Below are positions 1-12,879 of a DNA stretch of 64,000 bases, one piece after another. The notes under the pieces were generated by a model. It was given only the letters and a program-made list of their open reading frames with translations. It searched no databases and had not been told where the DNA came from. The stretch comes from Azolla caroliniana. Taxonomy: Eukaryota > Plantae > Polypodiophyta. The first letter of the stretch is position 1; each line of letters starts with the position of its first letter. The position numbers and the translations under genes are program-made. The stretch covers positions 19,406,001 to 19,470,000 of the forward strand of contig JBHGNT010000005.1 in the NCBI GenBank assembly GCA_043228905.1, read 5' to 3'.

Positions 1-3000
1 CTATTGGAGTTATGTCGAAGGAGCTAATGACGCGGAACTCGAATCGACACACAGAGACTTCCTGTCGTGGGAGCTATCGGCGAGCAGGGTATTATACTGC
101 TTCGCGTCGTGTGTGGGCGAACAACTATTGAGCTATGTTCGGGATGCAAAGACGCCGAAGGGTGCGTGGGAAAATCTGAAGAAGATTTTCGCCGCGAGCA
201 CCACAACCAGGAAGCTTCAGCTCTGACAGGAGTTGAGAAACCTATGACAATGCGACTTGTCGGTGGCGGACTATACCTCGAAGATCAAGGATATCTGCAA
301 CTCCCTCGCCTCCATAGAGGTGAACATCGAGGAGAGCGAGATGGTCCAGATCTGTCTCGGAGGTTTGGCGTCGAAGTTCGGAGCGTTCTGAACGGCTATG
401 TGTACCTGGGAGAATACGCCGTCCTTTTTCGACTTACAGTCAATGCTCTTGGTAGAGGAGAACCACGCGGGTGCATCTACAAGCACGCACACCGACAACA
501 GAATGTTGTACACTGAGGGAGATAGGCCCCGTGGACGTGGAGGACGAGGCGAGTTGGCGCGCAATGGAGGCGGCCGACGAGATCAAGGAAGAAGGCACCG
601 AAGTGATGCCGACAGCAACTCCGGACCCTCCGGAAACAGGGGGAGTCGAAGCGATGAGAACCGGCAAGGGAAGGCCATCGCGGAGTGCTGGTACTATGGC
701 AAGAAAGGCCACAGGGAAAGTGAGTGTTGGAAGAAGTGCGCTGATTCAGAGAGAACCGGTTCCGAAAACGGTTTCGGACATACCGACAAGGGAAATCGGC
801 AGCGATCGCACTACGCCGAACACTCCGGGAGAGCTGGAGAAGGGTCTGCCTTTGTGACGAGACACGAAGCAAACTCAATGAAACGGACCACCCCGAGATC
901 AGACGAGGTGTGGTACGTAGACTCCGGCGCGTCAAACCACATGACGAGCCATAAGGAGTGGTTCTCGTACCTTGAAAAACCGATACAACTTGGAGTAGTC
1001 GCAACTGGAGACGACACTCCGCATCCGATCGCGAATGTCGGAGAAGTTTTCCTTAGCCATGTCGGGCAGAAAGGGAAACTCATGAACGTACTGCACGTTC
1101 CGACAATCACAAAGAACTTGGTCTCGGTCGGATAGATCGTCGACCAAGGGATGGAGGTTCGGTTTACACACCTCCGGTGCTTCATTGAGGAAGAAGGCCG
1201 TGTGATTGCGCAAGGGCGCAGAGATGGGAGGATGTTCATCCTCGACTCCACTGATGGCGGCACCACAATGTTCGTGAAGGGACAAAAATCCGAGTTGGAC
1301 ATCGACTTGTGGCACAAGTGGATAGGCCACATCAACTACCAACGGCTTCAAGACCTGCAATCGAAACAAGTGGTGTTCGGATTGCCCAAATTTAGTGGCC
1401 GAAAGGCACAAATTTGTGAAGCTTGCCAGCTCGGGAAGCAACACCGACTTCCTTTCCCCAACGAGCGAAACCGGAGCCGGAACAAGCTCGACCTTATACA
1501 CTCCGATGTATGGGGGCCAGCACAAAACGTTAGTCTTGGCGGGAGCCGATATTTCGTCTCCTTCATCGACGACCACACGTGGCACACGTGGATCTACCTC
1601 ATTGAGAGGAAGAGCGAAGTCTTCGACTGTTTCCGGGACCTCAAAGGGTTCGTGGAAACGGAAACGGGACGAAAGATCAAGTGCCTGCGGTCGGATGGCG
1701 GGAAAGAGTACTTTTTTGGTCAATTCAACAGTTATCTACAACAAATGGGAATTTGGCGCGAATTCAGTTGTAGATACACGCCGGAGCAGAATGGCGTTGC
1801 CGAGAGGAAGAATCGGTCAGTTGTGGAAGCGGCACGGGCAATGTTAGAGGAGAAGAGCTTGCCCAAGTTCTACTGGGCTGAGGCGGTAAGGACCGCGGTA
1901 TACATCCAGAACCGAATCGGAGACAAAGTGTCGGCGCACGAGCTATATTTCGGAACGAAGCCGAACTTGTGACACTTGAGGGTGTTCGGTAGCATTGCGT
2001 ATGTGCATGTACCGAAGGAGAAAAGGAGGAAGCTGGACGCAAAGGCCGAGAAATGCATCTTGGTCGGTTACTCGGACGAGCAGAAGGGTTATAAGTGCTA
2101 TAACCCTGGCACCAAACAAGCGCGTGTTAGTCGCGACGTTGTGTTTGACGAGTCCGCGTCCTGGTACCAGCCCCCGACTCCAAACCCCGACTCCAATCCG
2201 AGTTCTAACGATGAGGTTAGCGAGGCCGAGATGCCTCCGGATGAGCCCGAAATCGAGACCCGCCAAGAGAGTCCGATTTCACTCCGCTTAAGTGGACCGA
2301 TTAGACGACTGAGTCGGTACGATCAGTCCGATGAAGAGCCGGCGAGTAGTGGAGACTCGGTCGTGCATTCCTCGCGCAGGAAGCCGAGGAGACGGCTTAC
2401 GTGCAAAGAGAAAGGGAAGAAGAAGGTGTCGGATTCCAGCACGGATAGGAACGAGTCAGACCGACGCGAGTCCGACTCCGAGGGAACCGGTGACGGGTCT
2501 TTAAAGGTGAAGTCCGCGTCGACTGAGAAGGCCTCGACATCGGCTAATGTGAGATTACGCCGATCTACCCGCCAGAAGAATCCTGTTTTGCGGTTCGTAT
2601 ACAACGAGTACATGGCGCATCACTATGCGTACATGACCCATATAGCGGAAGTGCGTGAGCCGGAGAGCTACGCAGAAGTGGTGAAGGACACGAATTGGCG
2701 CGCCGCGATGGAGGAAGAGATGCACGCATTGGTGGAAAATGAGACCTGGGATCTGGTTGACGCACCGAAGGGTGTGAAGCTGAGCGAATGTAGGTGGGTG
2801 TACAAGGTCAAGTACAACACCGACGACTCGGTCAACCGATACAAGGCCCGGTTAGTGGCAAAAGGTTACGCGCAGAAACACGACATTGACTACGATGAGA
2901 CGTTTGCGCCGGTCGCGAAAATGACGACCGTCCGTGTTTTGCTCGCAGTAGCTGCGGTGAAGGGGTGGCACCTACATCAGATGGATGTAAAGAATGCGTT

Positions 3001-4206
3001 CCTGCAAGGTGACCTTGAGGAACAGGTGTACATGGTACAGCCCCCCGGATTTCACTTCGGAACGAACTCCTCGGTAGTATGCCGACTGAAGAAGTCCCTT
3101 TACGGACTGAAGCAAGCCCCGCGTGCCTGGAACGCGAAGATCACGCAACAACTGCGTCGGATGGGCTTCGTCACGTCAAAATCAGACTCTTCCCTGTTCA
3201 TCCGGAAAGGTCGACTAGGACCGGTTAGTATTTTACTATATGTTGATGACTTGGTTATCACCGACGCCGACGTAGGTGAAATCGACCGCGTGAAGCTCCA
3301 ACTTGCGGCATCGTTCGACTTGAAGGATGTGGGGGACCTTCATTACTTCCTCGGGATCGAAGTGATCCGTACCCCCGAAGGCATATTGATCAGCCAATGT
3401 CATTACGTGCTGAGTATGCGCAGTTAGGTGGCTACACCGATGCTGATTGGGCTGGCAACGCCGCCGATCGCCGATCCACGTCCGGATACGCGTTCTCCCT
3501 CGGGAGTGCCGCGATCGCGTGGAGCAGTAAGAAGTAGCCGACAATTGCACTGTCGAGCAATGAAGTTGAGTACCGAGGAGCGGCTGTCACGACATGCGAA
3601 GCCATATGGTTGAAACGACTACTTAGGGACCTCCAAGAGGTGTCAGATCCGACGACGATATACTGCGACAACCTCAGCAGCATCCAGCTCACGAAAAACC
3701 CCATTTTCCACGCACGGACCAAGCACATTGAGGTGCACTACCATTTCGTCCGTGAGCGTGTCCTTTCTGGTGAAGTCGAACTTCAGTACGTTCCGACGGA
3801 TCGACAGACTGCCGACATCTTCACCAAGCCTCTTGGTCTGGACAAGTTGTGACAATTCTCAGGTGCGCTCGGATTGCGTCACCTTGACGTGCCAAACTTG
3901 AGGGGGAGAACAGTCCCGAACGACCAAGCAAGGCAACAAGAAAGGAGTGGAGACCGCGACACCGGGACGGTTGACTCGGTTGTCGAGTACGACTTCGGAT
4001 CGGCTGAAGAAGCCGAGGGCGGACCCGCGGAAAAGTCCGGAAGCGGACAGAAGGGGAGTAGCCGAAGGAGAGAGCCGAAGCCAACCATGCATGGGGAAGA
4101 TGACGCCATCGAGGGCGAGAAGACCGAAGACAAGTTGGAGACAGCCAACTTGGACGAGAGCGAAAACCGATCGGAGGTAGCCGAGTCGGTTCGGATGTTT
4201 GGTTAA
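1..4206 (+). pseudogene. gag-pol pseudogene of copia A
   Basis: ORF pieces 398-1135, 1151-1972, 1976-3427 and 3610-3852 are broken by TAG/TGA stops. About 290 bp of the RT C-terminus is deleted near 3420 relative to related element B. Confidence 0.9.
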
Positions 4207-5385
4207 CCCTACGCTGAATCAACCGAGGCCCAAGCGGAAGAAAAGGCAACAGGAGAAGCGTCAACACCGCAACAACAAAAGAGTTGATAAGGGCCACATG
4301 AGCAGACAAGCCGACCGGAAGGGTCGAAGCGCGCGGAGTCGAACAGGTCGTGGAGCGTGAGCGAGGCGTGAAGCCAGGAGGAACCGGAGCTGTGAGCCCA
4401 AAGATCCCGAAGAGCCTCAAGTTGAGCTTGAGGGGGAGTGTTGAGAGACAAGCTCAACATCGGCCGGATCGGCTAAAGAAGCTGAGGACCGGATCGGTTG
4501 GGACCGATCGGTTAGGCCGAATGCGTAAATCAGTACGCAGACCGGTGCGTAGGTAGGGCCGGATCGGTGCGTAAACCGGGAGGCCGTTAGGAAAGATATT
4601 CCGTGAGGAATATATTTGGGAGTTAGTGTAGGAGCTCTTAATGAGCATTGAAGTACTGTCAGTACTTCGGTTGACACCGAGACGGTTGACTCGGTTGTCG
4701 AGTACGACTTCGGATCGACTGAAGAAGCCGAGGGCGGACCTGTGGAAAAGTCCGGAAGCGGACTGAAGGGGAGTAGCCGAAGGAGAGAGCCGAAGCCAAC
4801 CATGCATGGGGAAGATGACGCCATCGAGGGCGAGAAGACCGAAGACAAGTTGGAGACAACCAACTTGGACGAGAGCGAAAACCGATCGGAGGTAGCCGAG
4901 TCGGTTCGGATGTTTGATTCAGATACGCTGAATCAACCGAGGCCCAAGCGAAAGAAAAGGCAGCAGGAGAAGCGTCAACACCGCAACAACAGAAGAGCTG
5001 ATAAGGGCCACATGAGCAGACAAGCCGACCGGAAGGGTCGAAGCGCGCGGAGTCGAACAGGTCGTGGAACGTGAGCGAGGCGTGAAGCCAGGAGGAACCG
5101 GAGCTGTGAGCCCAAAGATCCCGAAGAGCCTCAAGTTGAGCTTGAGGGGGAGTGTTGAGAGACAAGCTCAACATCGGCCGGATCGGCTAAAGAAGCTGAG
5201 GACCGGATCGGTTGGGATCGATCGGTTAGGCCGAATGCGTAAATCAGTACGCAGACCGGTGCGTAGGTAGGGCCGGATCGGTGCGTAAACCGGGAGGCCG
5301 TTAGGAAAGATATTCCGTGAGGAATATATTTGGGAGTTAGTGTAGGAGCTCTTAATGAGCATTGAAGTACTGTCAGTACTTCGGT
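3958..5385 (+). repeat. ~714-bp direct tandem duplication (3' region + PPT + 5' half of LTR)
   Basis: gacaccgg/agacggttgactcgg occurs at 3958 and 4673. PPT plus LTR start occurs at 4439 and 5153. Confidence 0.95.
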
Positions 5386-5609
5386 CAGTCCTTCTAGGAC
5401 TTGTATAAAAGTGTTCATTGAACACACATATGTATAGAGTGTGGTGAATAGAGATTTAGTACCGCTGTTGAATATAGTTCTTGTTTTTTTCCTCTCTCAC
5501 TCTCTCTGTCTCTCCCGCATATACTGCGTAAGCTCAAGCTCTCCATTAAACCTGACTTTTCTTCCTTCTGTTCGGTCTTCATACTTGCTTCTGCACGTTA
5601 CTCTTTACA
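5153..5609 (+). repeat. 3' LTR of copia A
   Basis: TG...CA termini after the PPT, TATA-like tgtataaaa, CT-rich tract; similar to LTRs at 18614, 24101 and 25493. Confidence 0.85.
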
Positions 5610-6179
5610 CGATGGCATACGCCAAAGTGCAACCTAATGGTCAAGGCAAATGAGCCCTCGTTTCGTAGTAGGCCCACGTGGCCCATCACATGGTCACATC
5701 ATTACGAATGCCTCTCGTAAGAATGAGCTCATGGTGGCATCGTATCCATGTAACGAGGGAGGGATGTTGGATACGTGTGTCATTGGAGCGACCTCACTTG
5801 AAGTGGGTCAAGCCCTACGTACTCAACATCATTATGGCTATAGGTGTTTCTTTACGTAATGAAATCGAGGTCATCAACGGGGTTGTCAACAATAAAAAAT
5901 TGTTGAAAAAGGAATGGTGACAACGCCATTCTCACAAAAATGTGAGGACGGCCACCAACATCCTTTTCCCGACAAGGACAACTTTCGATATAATCACGTA
6001 ATAACGAATATACACATATGTTTACTTATCACATATATACGATCAAATACGTATATACATGACCACATATGCCTATATTAAACATATCGTTATATTAAAT
6101 AGCCACAAATGATGTGATCGAGATACGTAATCGCAGTATATACCTCTACGCACATGAAACATCCACAAATAAGAGATCA

Positions 6180-6390
6180 TCGTAATACGCAATTGAGGTA
6201 TTGATCTCTTATGCATACGAGACCAAACGCATATCCTTTACAACAAATCAAGGTATTAAACTCATACGCAAACGTAACATATGTTCGTGAACGTAATACG
6301 TAATTGAGGTATTAACCTCGTACGCATATGACACTCATCACATATTATTTATATGTCAAACGAGGTATTGACCTCATGCACATATGTAAA
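6180..6390. repeat. Degenerate ~56-bp tandem repeat with GAGGtattaaCCTC mini-hairpin core
   Basis: Cores at 6195, 6250, 6306 and 6362. Confidence 0.7.
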
Positions 6391-6619
6391 CGTTTTAGAT
6401 AATCAATTAAGACCACTACAACATCATTGACTTAATGAAAAAAAATGACATATAAACTAAACACATGATTAGATGGGAGAAGAGAGAATAGAAAAAAAAA
6501 ATTACGGAAAGAGTTACCGAAGTTCTTTGTTGATCGTTGTCTAGATCAAGGCTGACCGCACATCGATCGATCACCATCAATCAAAAGACAAAAGACAAAC
6601 AAAGAAACATTAGTACATA

Positions 6620-6631
6620 GCTCTGATACCA
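6620..6631 (-). promoter_or_regulatory. Primer binding site (tRNA-iMet)
   Basis: Reverse complement reads TGGTATCAGAGC. Confidence 0.9.
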
Positions 6632-7088
6632 AATATTAGAGATCTAGGTACTAAAGTAAGCTTAAGATAAGGATAAACTAATGATAGATAGAAAGGAGAA
6701 AGAGAAAGAAGGGTGCCGATCCACCCGACCACCCCCGAGCGAAGGGATCGAGATGGACTCGAGCCTCGATCGGCGTCCCATACCACTGCCATGGCGTCGA
6801 GTCGTACCTGGTGCTGGCGCGCTCGCTACAAGAGTTGACCCACCACAAGAGCAGAGTCTCGATGTAGTCAAAAGATGATCAAATGAGGGTAGCTAGGCCT
6901 CTTATTTATAGCGATACCCAAGGCCCCCAGGCAAGTTCACACTTGACCTAATGGGTTGTCTCAATCCCGAGGATTAAAAGTAATCCTCCCCTTCTTTACA
7001 CTCTCGTTTAACCCTCACACTTATCCATGTGTATAGAATACTACTGTAAATTCTCACCACGGGATATTAAATGTTCATGCCCGTAACA

Positions 7089-9410
7089 CAATAGGTGAAT
7101 GGCAAAGTGGGCAGTCTAACGGGCCGCCACGTTTACCTAGCCATTCGCCAACGGGAACCACATTATGATCGATTTGCCACCAAAAAAACTTTATCTTTTC
7201 CGGCATGTGGAGATGACAGAAACCCTTCCAAAAGGTAATGAGCACCTCGTCAGGGATGCCCAATGTACGCCAGCCATTGCGTAAGGGGCCATCTAGCTGC
7301 AGTTGAAGAGTCCGGCCCAGTTTAGTGTTGTACTCGAAGAAATGGCGAAATCTGCTATCATGTTTCCACCTAAAATCCCTTGGATACCATTCTAGTTTGA
7401 CAAGGGGCCGACAACCATATACCCATAACTTCCAATGGGGTTCCACCTTAGCAACATCTGGGTCTGTCTTCCAGGTGTTACCAACCTACGCCACCACGCG
7501 GATAGGGTGCCAAGAGCCCCTACTCTGACTCTCCCCAAAACTTGTATCTCTTCCGGATCCGCTCACGCCCTTCAGCAACTTAACCCTTCCAGCCTCATCA
7601 AAGAGACTGAACCAAGAATCTTCTCTCACCTCCCCCATCGGAACCCTATCAACTGCCTCAACTATCAATCTCCACATTTTCATGGCTCCCTTGAGGGGAG
7701 GGAATGGGACCTCTTGGGTTCCTCCTAAAGCCACCGTGCGTCGCCAATCATCTATAGAGTGGAACCCTATTTGCGCTAGCTTTCCCCACGCTAGGCCCTT
7801 AAGCTACCCTAACATCATGTCGTCACTTTCACACCTGAGGGTTCCAAAATAATGGTTGTCTAGACCACTCGATTAGTTTCTCCGGCGTGTGCTTGACCAA
7901 ATGATGTCGTACGTGACACCATGCCCGCAAGATGGAGTTCCTCTCCTTCGGAAGACAAGCCATCTTGGGTGGGACTCCGCTTGTGCAACACCAAATCAAG
8001 GAGTTGGGCCAAGGCCTACCATACTTGGAAGTCCCTGCCTGCAACCTATGCGAAGTAGAACCTTCCAACACCCCTTACCTGGCAGGAGGCATCGAACCAC
8101 CATTTTGGCTAGCAATGCTCGGCTCTGCATTAAGGGGTTTATGAGGCCAAGCCCCCCTTTGGCCCATGGTTGTGTTAACCAATGCCATGACACTCTGGCG
8201 GCAACCATCAGGTTGTCCTTACTTGACCATATAAACCCCCTGATGGCAGCCTTAATTGCGTGCAAACCTGAAGGGTCCATAATCCAGCAGGAGACTAAGT
8301 GCCTGGTGGCGAGCATCACTTGGTTCGCAATAAGAACCCTACCAGCGAAGGATAGTTTAGACATGCTCCATTGGTTCAACTTCTTGCTTAGTTTGGCTTG
8401 CACATGGGACAATTGCGCTCCCTTGGGGATTGCCCTCCCCATCGTAAATCTGAGGTACTTGAATGTCCTCCCATCAGGGACCCATGCAAAATCAACATGG
8501 GGATGCCACCTTGGCTTCTCTTGTTCGCTGAACCAGAGGCCTTGGGTTTTATCCCAATTGACCTTAGCACCAACTACCTGACAAAAGTCCTCGACAAGAT
8601 GTTTAGCTCGCTGCAAATTTGCATCATCACACTGCAAGAAAAGGACCGTATCGTCGGCATATTTAGATAACTGAAGATCTTCAGTCACATTGGGGATGGG
8701 CAATCCCCTCGATCTGCTGCTTGGTGCTTGTAAGTAGGCAGAGAACACCTCGGTTACAAATAGATAGAGATATGGGGCTAGGGGACAACCTTGCCTCATT
8801 GAACGATGTAGTTGGAAGGCCGGGCCCCTAGCACCAGATACCAACATGCTACTGGTAGCAGTTCGATAGAGTGCAAAAGTGCAATTCCTCCATTGCTAGG
8901 GAAGGCCCATAGCTCTCATCACTCTTTCCAAAAAGGACCATAACACCCTGGCGTAGGCCTTCTCAAAGTCTAAAATCAGAATAGCTGAGCTCGATACAGC
9001 ACGATCTGCCAATGCCATAACTTCCCAGAGAAGCAACACATTAACAAAGATACACCTACCCCTGATAAACCCTGTTTGATTCTCATGTAGGATGTTCGGT
9101 AGGAAGCTTGCTATTCGCCTAGCTAGGACTTTTGCGAGTATCTTGTATATCATGTTAAGGATCGTGATTGGACGCTATTGACATAGCTCGAGGCTTTGCC
9201 CTGCCGCTTTAGGGATGAGATAGATCATCCCCTCAACCAGGCCAATTGACATCGCTCCTAAGGTCCAAATCTCCCGAATCCCAGTTTCCAATGAGGGGAT
9301 AACAGTTTCCCAATGAATCTCAAAAAAATTTCGTGAGAGACCATCAAGGCCGGGGCATGCTCCTCTCCGCAAATCCCTAAGTGCCTCCGAGAGTTCTAAT
9401 CGAGAAATGG
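7089..9410 (-). mobile_element. L1-type LINE ORF2 remnant (RT + zf-RVT), 5'-truncated
   Basis: Motifs PGLDG, YKILAKVLARR, QTGFIRGR, LDFEKAY, RQGCPLAPYL, YADD and C-terminal CPLCH. Confidence 0.9.
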
Positions 9411-9411
9411 T

Positions 9412-9475
9412 TCTTCTTTTTCTTCTTTTTCTTCTTCTTCTTCTTTTCTTCTCTCTGTGTCTCTTTCTTTTCTTT
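9412..9475. repeat. (TTC)n/pyrimidine microsatellite
   Basis: Direct reading. Confidence 0.85.
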
Positions 9476-9644
9476 GTAAATAATGGCTTTCATTATGACA
9501 GAAAAACACACCACCATGACTTTAACTTAGAGTACGTATCTGTAGAACCCTTCTAAATATCTAAATACATACATACTCTACTATTATCATAACACACTCA
9601 ATCCCACCCTACACACCTATTCAGTTGTCGAACCTGATGATATT

Positions 9645-9710
9645 TTTTACTTTCGATGAATGGGTAAATATCCCATTTTACTTTCGATGAATGGGTAAAT
9701 ATCCCATTTT
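9645..9710. repeat. 31-bp direct tandem repeat x2
   Basis: ttttactttcgatgaatgggtaaatatccca occurs twice. Confidence 0.9.
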
Positions 9711-9870
9711 TTGCTGTAAACCATTTGTGTCATGGGCCAATTTTGGCCTTAGAAGACGTTAAATATCTATCTCTCTCTTATTATTATTATTATTATTATT
9801 GTTTTATCGTAATTACCTTACCCTAGTGGTAAGTTGTTAGCACTACACGAACATAGCTCTCTCTCTCTCT

Positions 9871-10095
9871 TTATTATTATTATTGTTTTATCGTAATTAC
9901 CTTACCCTAGTGGTAAGTTGTTAGCACTACAAGCACTACGTTTTAGGGTCGAAACCCAACTTCCTCACCTTTCTATTATATACTTCTTATATATCTCTTA
10001 ATTCACTAGATGCCATTGTGGAATGTAGGGGTTGAACCCATGACTACCTGGTCTCCATTGGGCAACCTTACCAACTGAGCTACATCCATATGGGC
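9871..10095 (-). mobile_element. tRNA-derived SINE-like element (~225 bp) with (AAT)n tail, inserted in a (CT)n tract; 5'-truncated second copy at ~9779-9847
   Basis: Minus strand reads GGATGTAGCTCAGTTGGTAAG (A box) ... GGGTTCAACCCC (B box) ... aataataataataa tail. It is flanked by (CT)n on both sides. Confidence 0.7.
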
Positions 10096-10372
10096 TCTCT
10101 CTCTCTCTCTCTTCTTGTCTATGTTTCCTCTCTTCTTGTTTTCCCCATTGTCAAGTGCATCCTTGGTGGAGTTCGTTCCTTTGTGGTGTGTGCTTTTCTA
10201 CTTTGCGCGCGTGCCTTCTTTGTTGGGTTGTGCATCTTTTGGTGTGCTCACCGAAGAAATAACTGACGAAATGCATGGGAGTTCACCGAAGTGAACGAGA
10301 GACATCCACAAATGCTTGGCTAAATCTTCCATCCATTTCTTTTATCTTTTTTTTCTTATATATTACACAAAA

Positions 10373-11140
10373 ATGGCATTTAAACGAATTAAAGAACATA
10401 AGGAGATACAAGATGAGGTTATAAGTAAAGAAGACTTTTTAGATATGTTTAATCGTTTAGTAAAAATAGAGACTGATATGAGAAAATGGGAAAAAGAAGC
10501 CGAATCCCACAAGAAAAAAGATAGAGAAGAAAAAGACGCAGTTAAGGCCGAAATAGAGAAACTTAAAGTAGAAAACATCAACCTTATGAAACAACTTAAT
10601 GACCTCGAGATATCTAGGGAAGATGGTGAAATATCCTCCATAGAGGATATAAAGGAAGAGATTAAAAAAGTTAAAGAAGAAGTTAAAAGCGACATGGAGT
10701 TAGTTAAAACAAGTTGGGTAGACATGGTAAAACGCAATGTTAAAAAGGAAATAAAAGATGAAAATATAGTTAATACTACTTGTGAGGAAGAGAAAATGCA
10801 GTAAGCCTGATGCTTAAATGTACGTATCACTGGACTCAAGGAAGGTGCATCTCTTGATGAAGATGCATAAACACTTGGGAAAATGTTAGGGTACACATAG
10901 GCCCTACCAAAGACTTGGAGGGTCGGACGTGACACAACTAGGAAGAGAGCCTTAGTCTTTTAGTTTAAACACTAGGAATCTAGAATCACATTTTTTAAGA
11001 AGAGACTACTAGATTAGGTAGGGACCAAATCTACCTAGCTGAAAACCTCACCAAGATGCAAATTGAGCACCACAAAAGTTGTATGCCATGAGTTATGCAA
11101 GCTCGTAAAGAAGGGCATCGCGTCTTTTACGAAGACAGAT
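10373..11140 (+). pseudogene. LINE ORF1 (coiled-coil) pseudogene
   Basis: K/E-rich heptad ORF 10373-10804 continues through premature stops upstream of the endonuclease. Confidence 0.7.
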
Positions 11141-12879
11141 GAGTGACAATAAATGACCACGCTACCAACTGACGGCGCGTGACCCATGTGACAAAAAATA
11201 AAATTAGGATGACTTTATGGAATTGTAACGACGCACTTTGGACACACCTTGGCCGCCTAGAGGAGATTTTAAAGGTACTAGATATACTTTTCTTAGTGAA
11301 ACACACCAAAGCCCAAATAGAGGACTCCCATGAGTTGAAGGATTTCATTGGGAGTTCGTAACGTTGTCACACTACTAGAGGATTCGGAGGTGTTGCAATA
11401 TTGTTTTAGAGAGAGCTACATAATAGGATAGAAATACTAAGGACAAACCTAGAAGCCTGTTTTATGTGGGTGTCTTCACTAGCAAGGACCAAGCAATATT
11501 TATCGCCATTTGTTATTTTCCCTCGAAAGGATCCCATTATAATATGGTTGGAGAAGCGAGATTAGTTGATGAAGGAGTGCAACATGGGCCCTCTTCATAC
11601 AAAGATTTATAAGATGACATAATCCGATGATCTTCTGAAGGAGAAGTCTTCCTCATAGGAGATTTCAATGCAAGAACCCAATCCCAACAATGCACAATAT
11701 TTCAAATGGATAGAAACCTAGAAATGGAAAATGTCAATCCTTTAGCCATAGGCATGACACATAGATCAAATGATCAAGGTGCGGATGCCACGAGCTTTGG
11801 CCATCATTTGCTCGAACTTCGTAGTTGGCACCAGATGATCATATATAATGGTTTAGCCAAGTTGCTAGGCTCGGAAGAGCTCACATGTTTTCCACGTGGA
11901 GGAGGGGAAAGCACAATTGATTATCTAATAGGACGCCTTGAAGCTACCCACACGATTAACTCCTTCCAGGTGACCCCATGTCCTATTGGCACAGACCTTA
12001 GGTTCTTATACTTTGAGCTAAAATGCGATATCTCCAATGCCACCGACTCTAGTCAACCAAGTCATCACACCACAATACATTTCACACATGAGCTCTTTGA
12101 CATCTACTCTCAACATGTTCAGGCCCATCTCTCCTCTCTTTGATTCCTCCTTGCCTTTAGAAAACCTTACTACAAAACTCACACACATCCTTCACTCCGC
12201 AACAAACATGTTCGCGTTCACAAGTTGAAGGATCACGCATTCCACTTATAGATTCTTTTTATAATCTTGCGATTTTAGGCGATTTTCAGAAACTTGATAC
12301 ACCAGTATCACATGTTTTAAATAGCATATAAAATTTGCTGATTTTTGAGATTTAACAAGTGTCAAAATGATAATTTCTAAAATTGAATAGTTTTTAAATA
12401 AATGTTTAAACATTGTCGGTTTGCAGATATAAAATGTAGTTAACTTAAAGACAATCACAATGGTTAACTAAGGCACAAGTTAAGATTAATGGTTTCACCA
12501 TGTTGAGGAGATGTAGGTTCCAGAAGTGGAAGTGACATCTATTGTTAGTAAAAATGTTTTAAGTATAAGAGGTAACACCATATCCTTAGTGTCATCGCCT
12601 ATAAATTTAGTGCTCATCAACATCCATAAATTCAAAACTCAAGAAATGTAAACAATATTCATAAACAGTTATGATAATTTCACAACTCCAAAAATGTAGG
12701 CAATATTCATAAATTGTCAAACTTAGACGTGAACATTAATATATCAATTTGAACATATCACATAGAACACCGGGTCATTTGAAACAGATAATATGTCGCA
12801 TTCTCTTTTTCATATATTAGTGAGATGTTAAAAAATGCCTTATTTAAGCAGAATTTCGAAAAGGCACGATGCATGCGTA

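Larger units (their letters stand above)
1..5609 (+). mobile_element. Ty1/copia LTR retrotransposon A (5' end outside window), decayed
   Basis: Gag zinc knuckle, protease WYVDSGASNHM, integrase (HSDVWGP, DGGKEY, QNGVAERKN), RT (YVDD) and RNase H (ADIFTKPL) in copia order. PPT gagggggag precedes a 3' LTR TGTTGAG...TTTACA at 5153-5609. Confidence 0.95.
5610..7088 (-). mobile_element. 5' part of an LTR retrotransposon (LTR 6634-7088 with TG...TA ends, PBS, ~1 kb non-coding leader), interrupted by copia A
   Basis: Minus-strand PBS TGGTATCAGAGC at 6620-6631 lies 2 nt from the LTR. The LTR is homologous to the solo LTR at 45922-46386. Confidence 0.85.

Noticed and set aside
932-1723. Long antisense or alternate-frame ORFs over copia pol (also 20298-21095, 41863-42474)
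   Set aside because: These are shadow ORFs expected from GC-rich codon usage and have no independent motifs.
10018-10092. Functional tRNA gene
   Set aside because: A and B boxes are present, but a canonical anticodon arm cannot be folded and it continues into a SINE-like body and tail.
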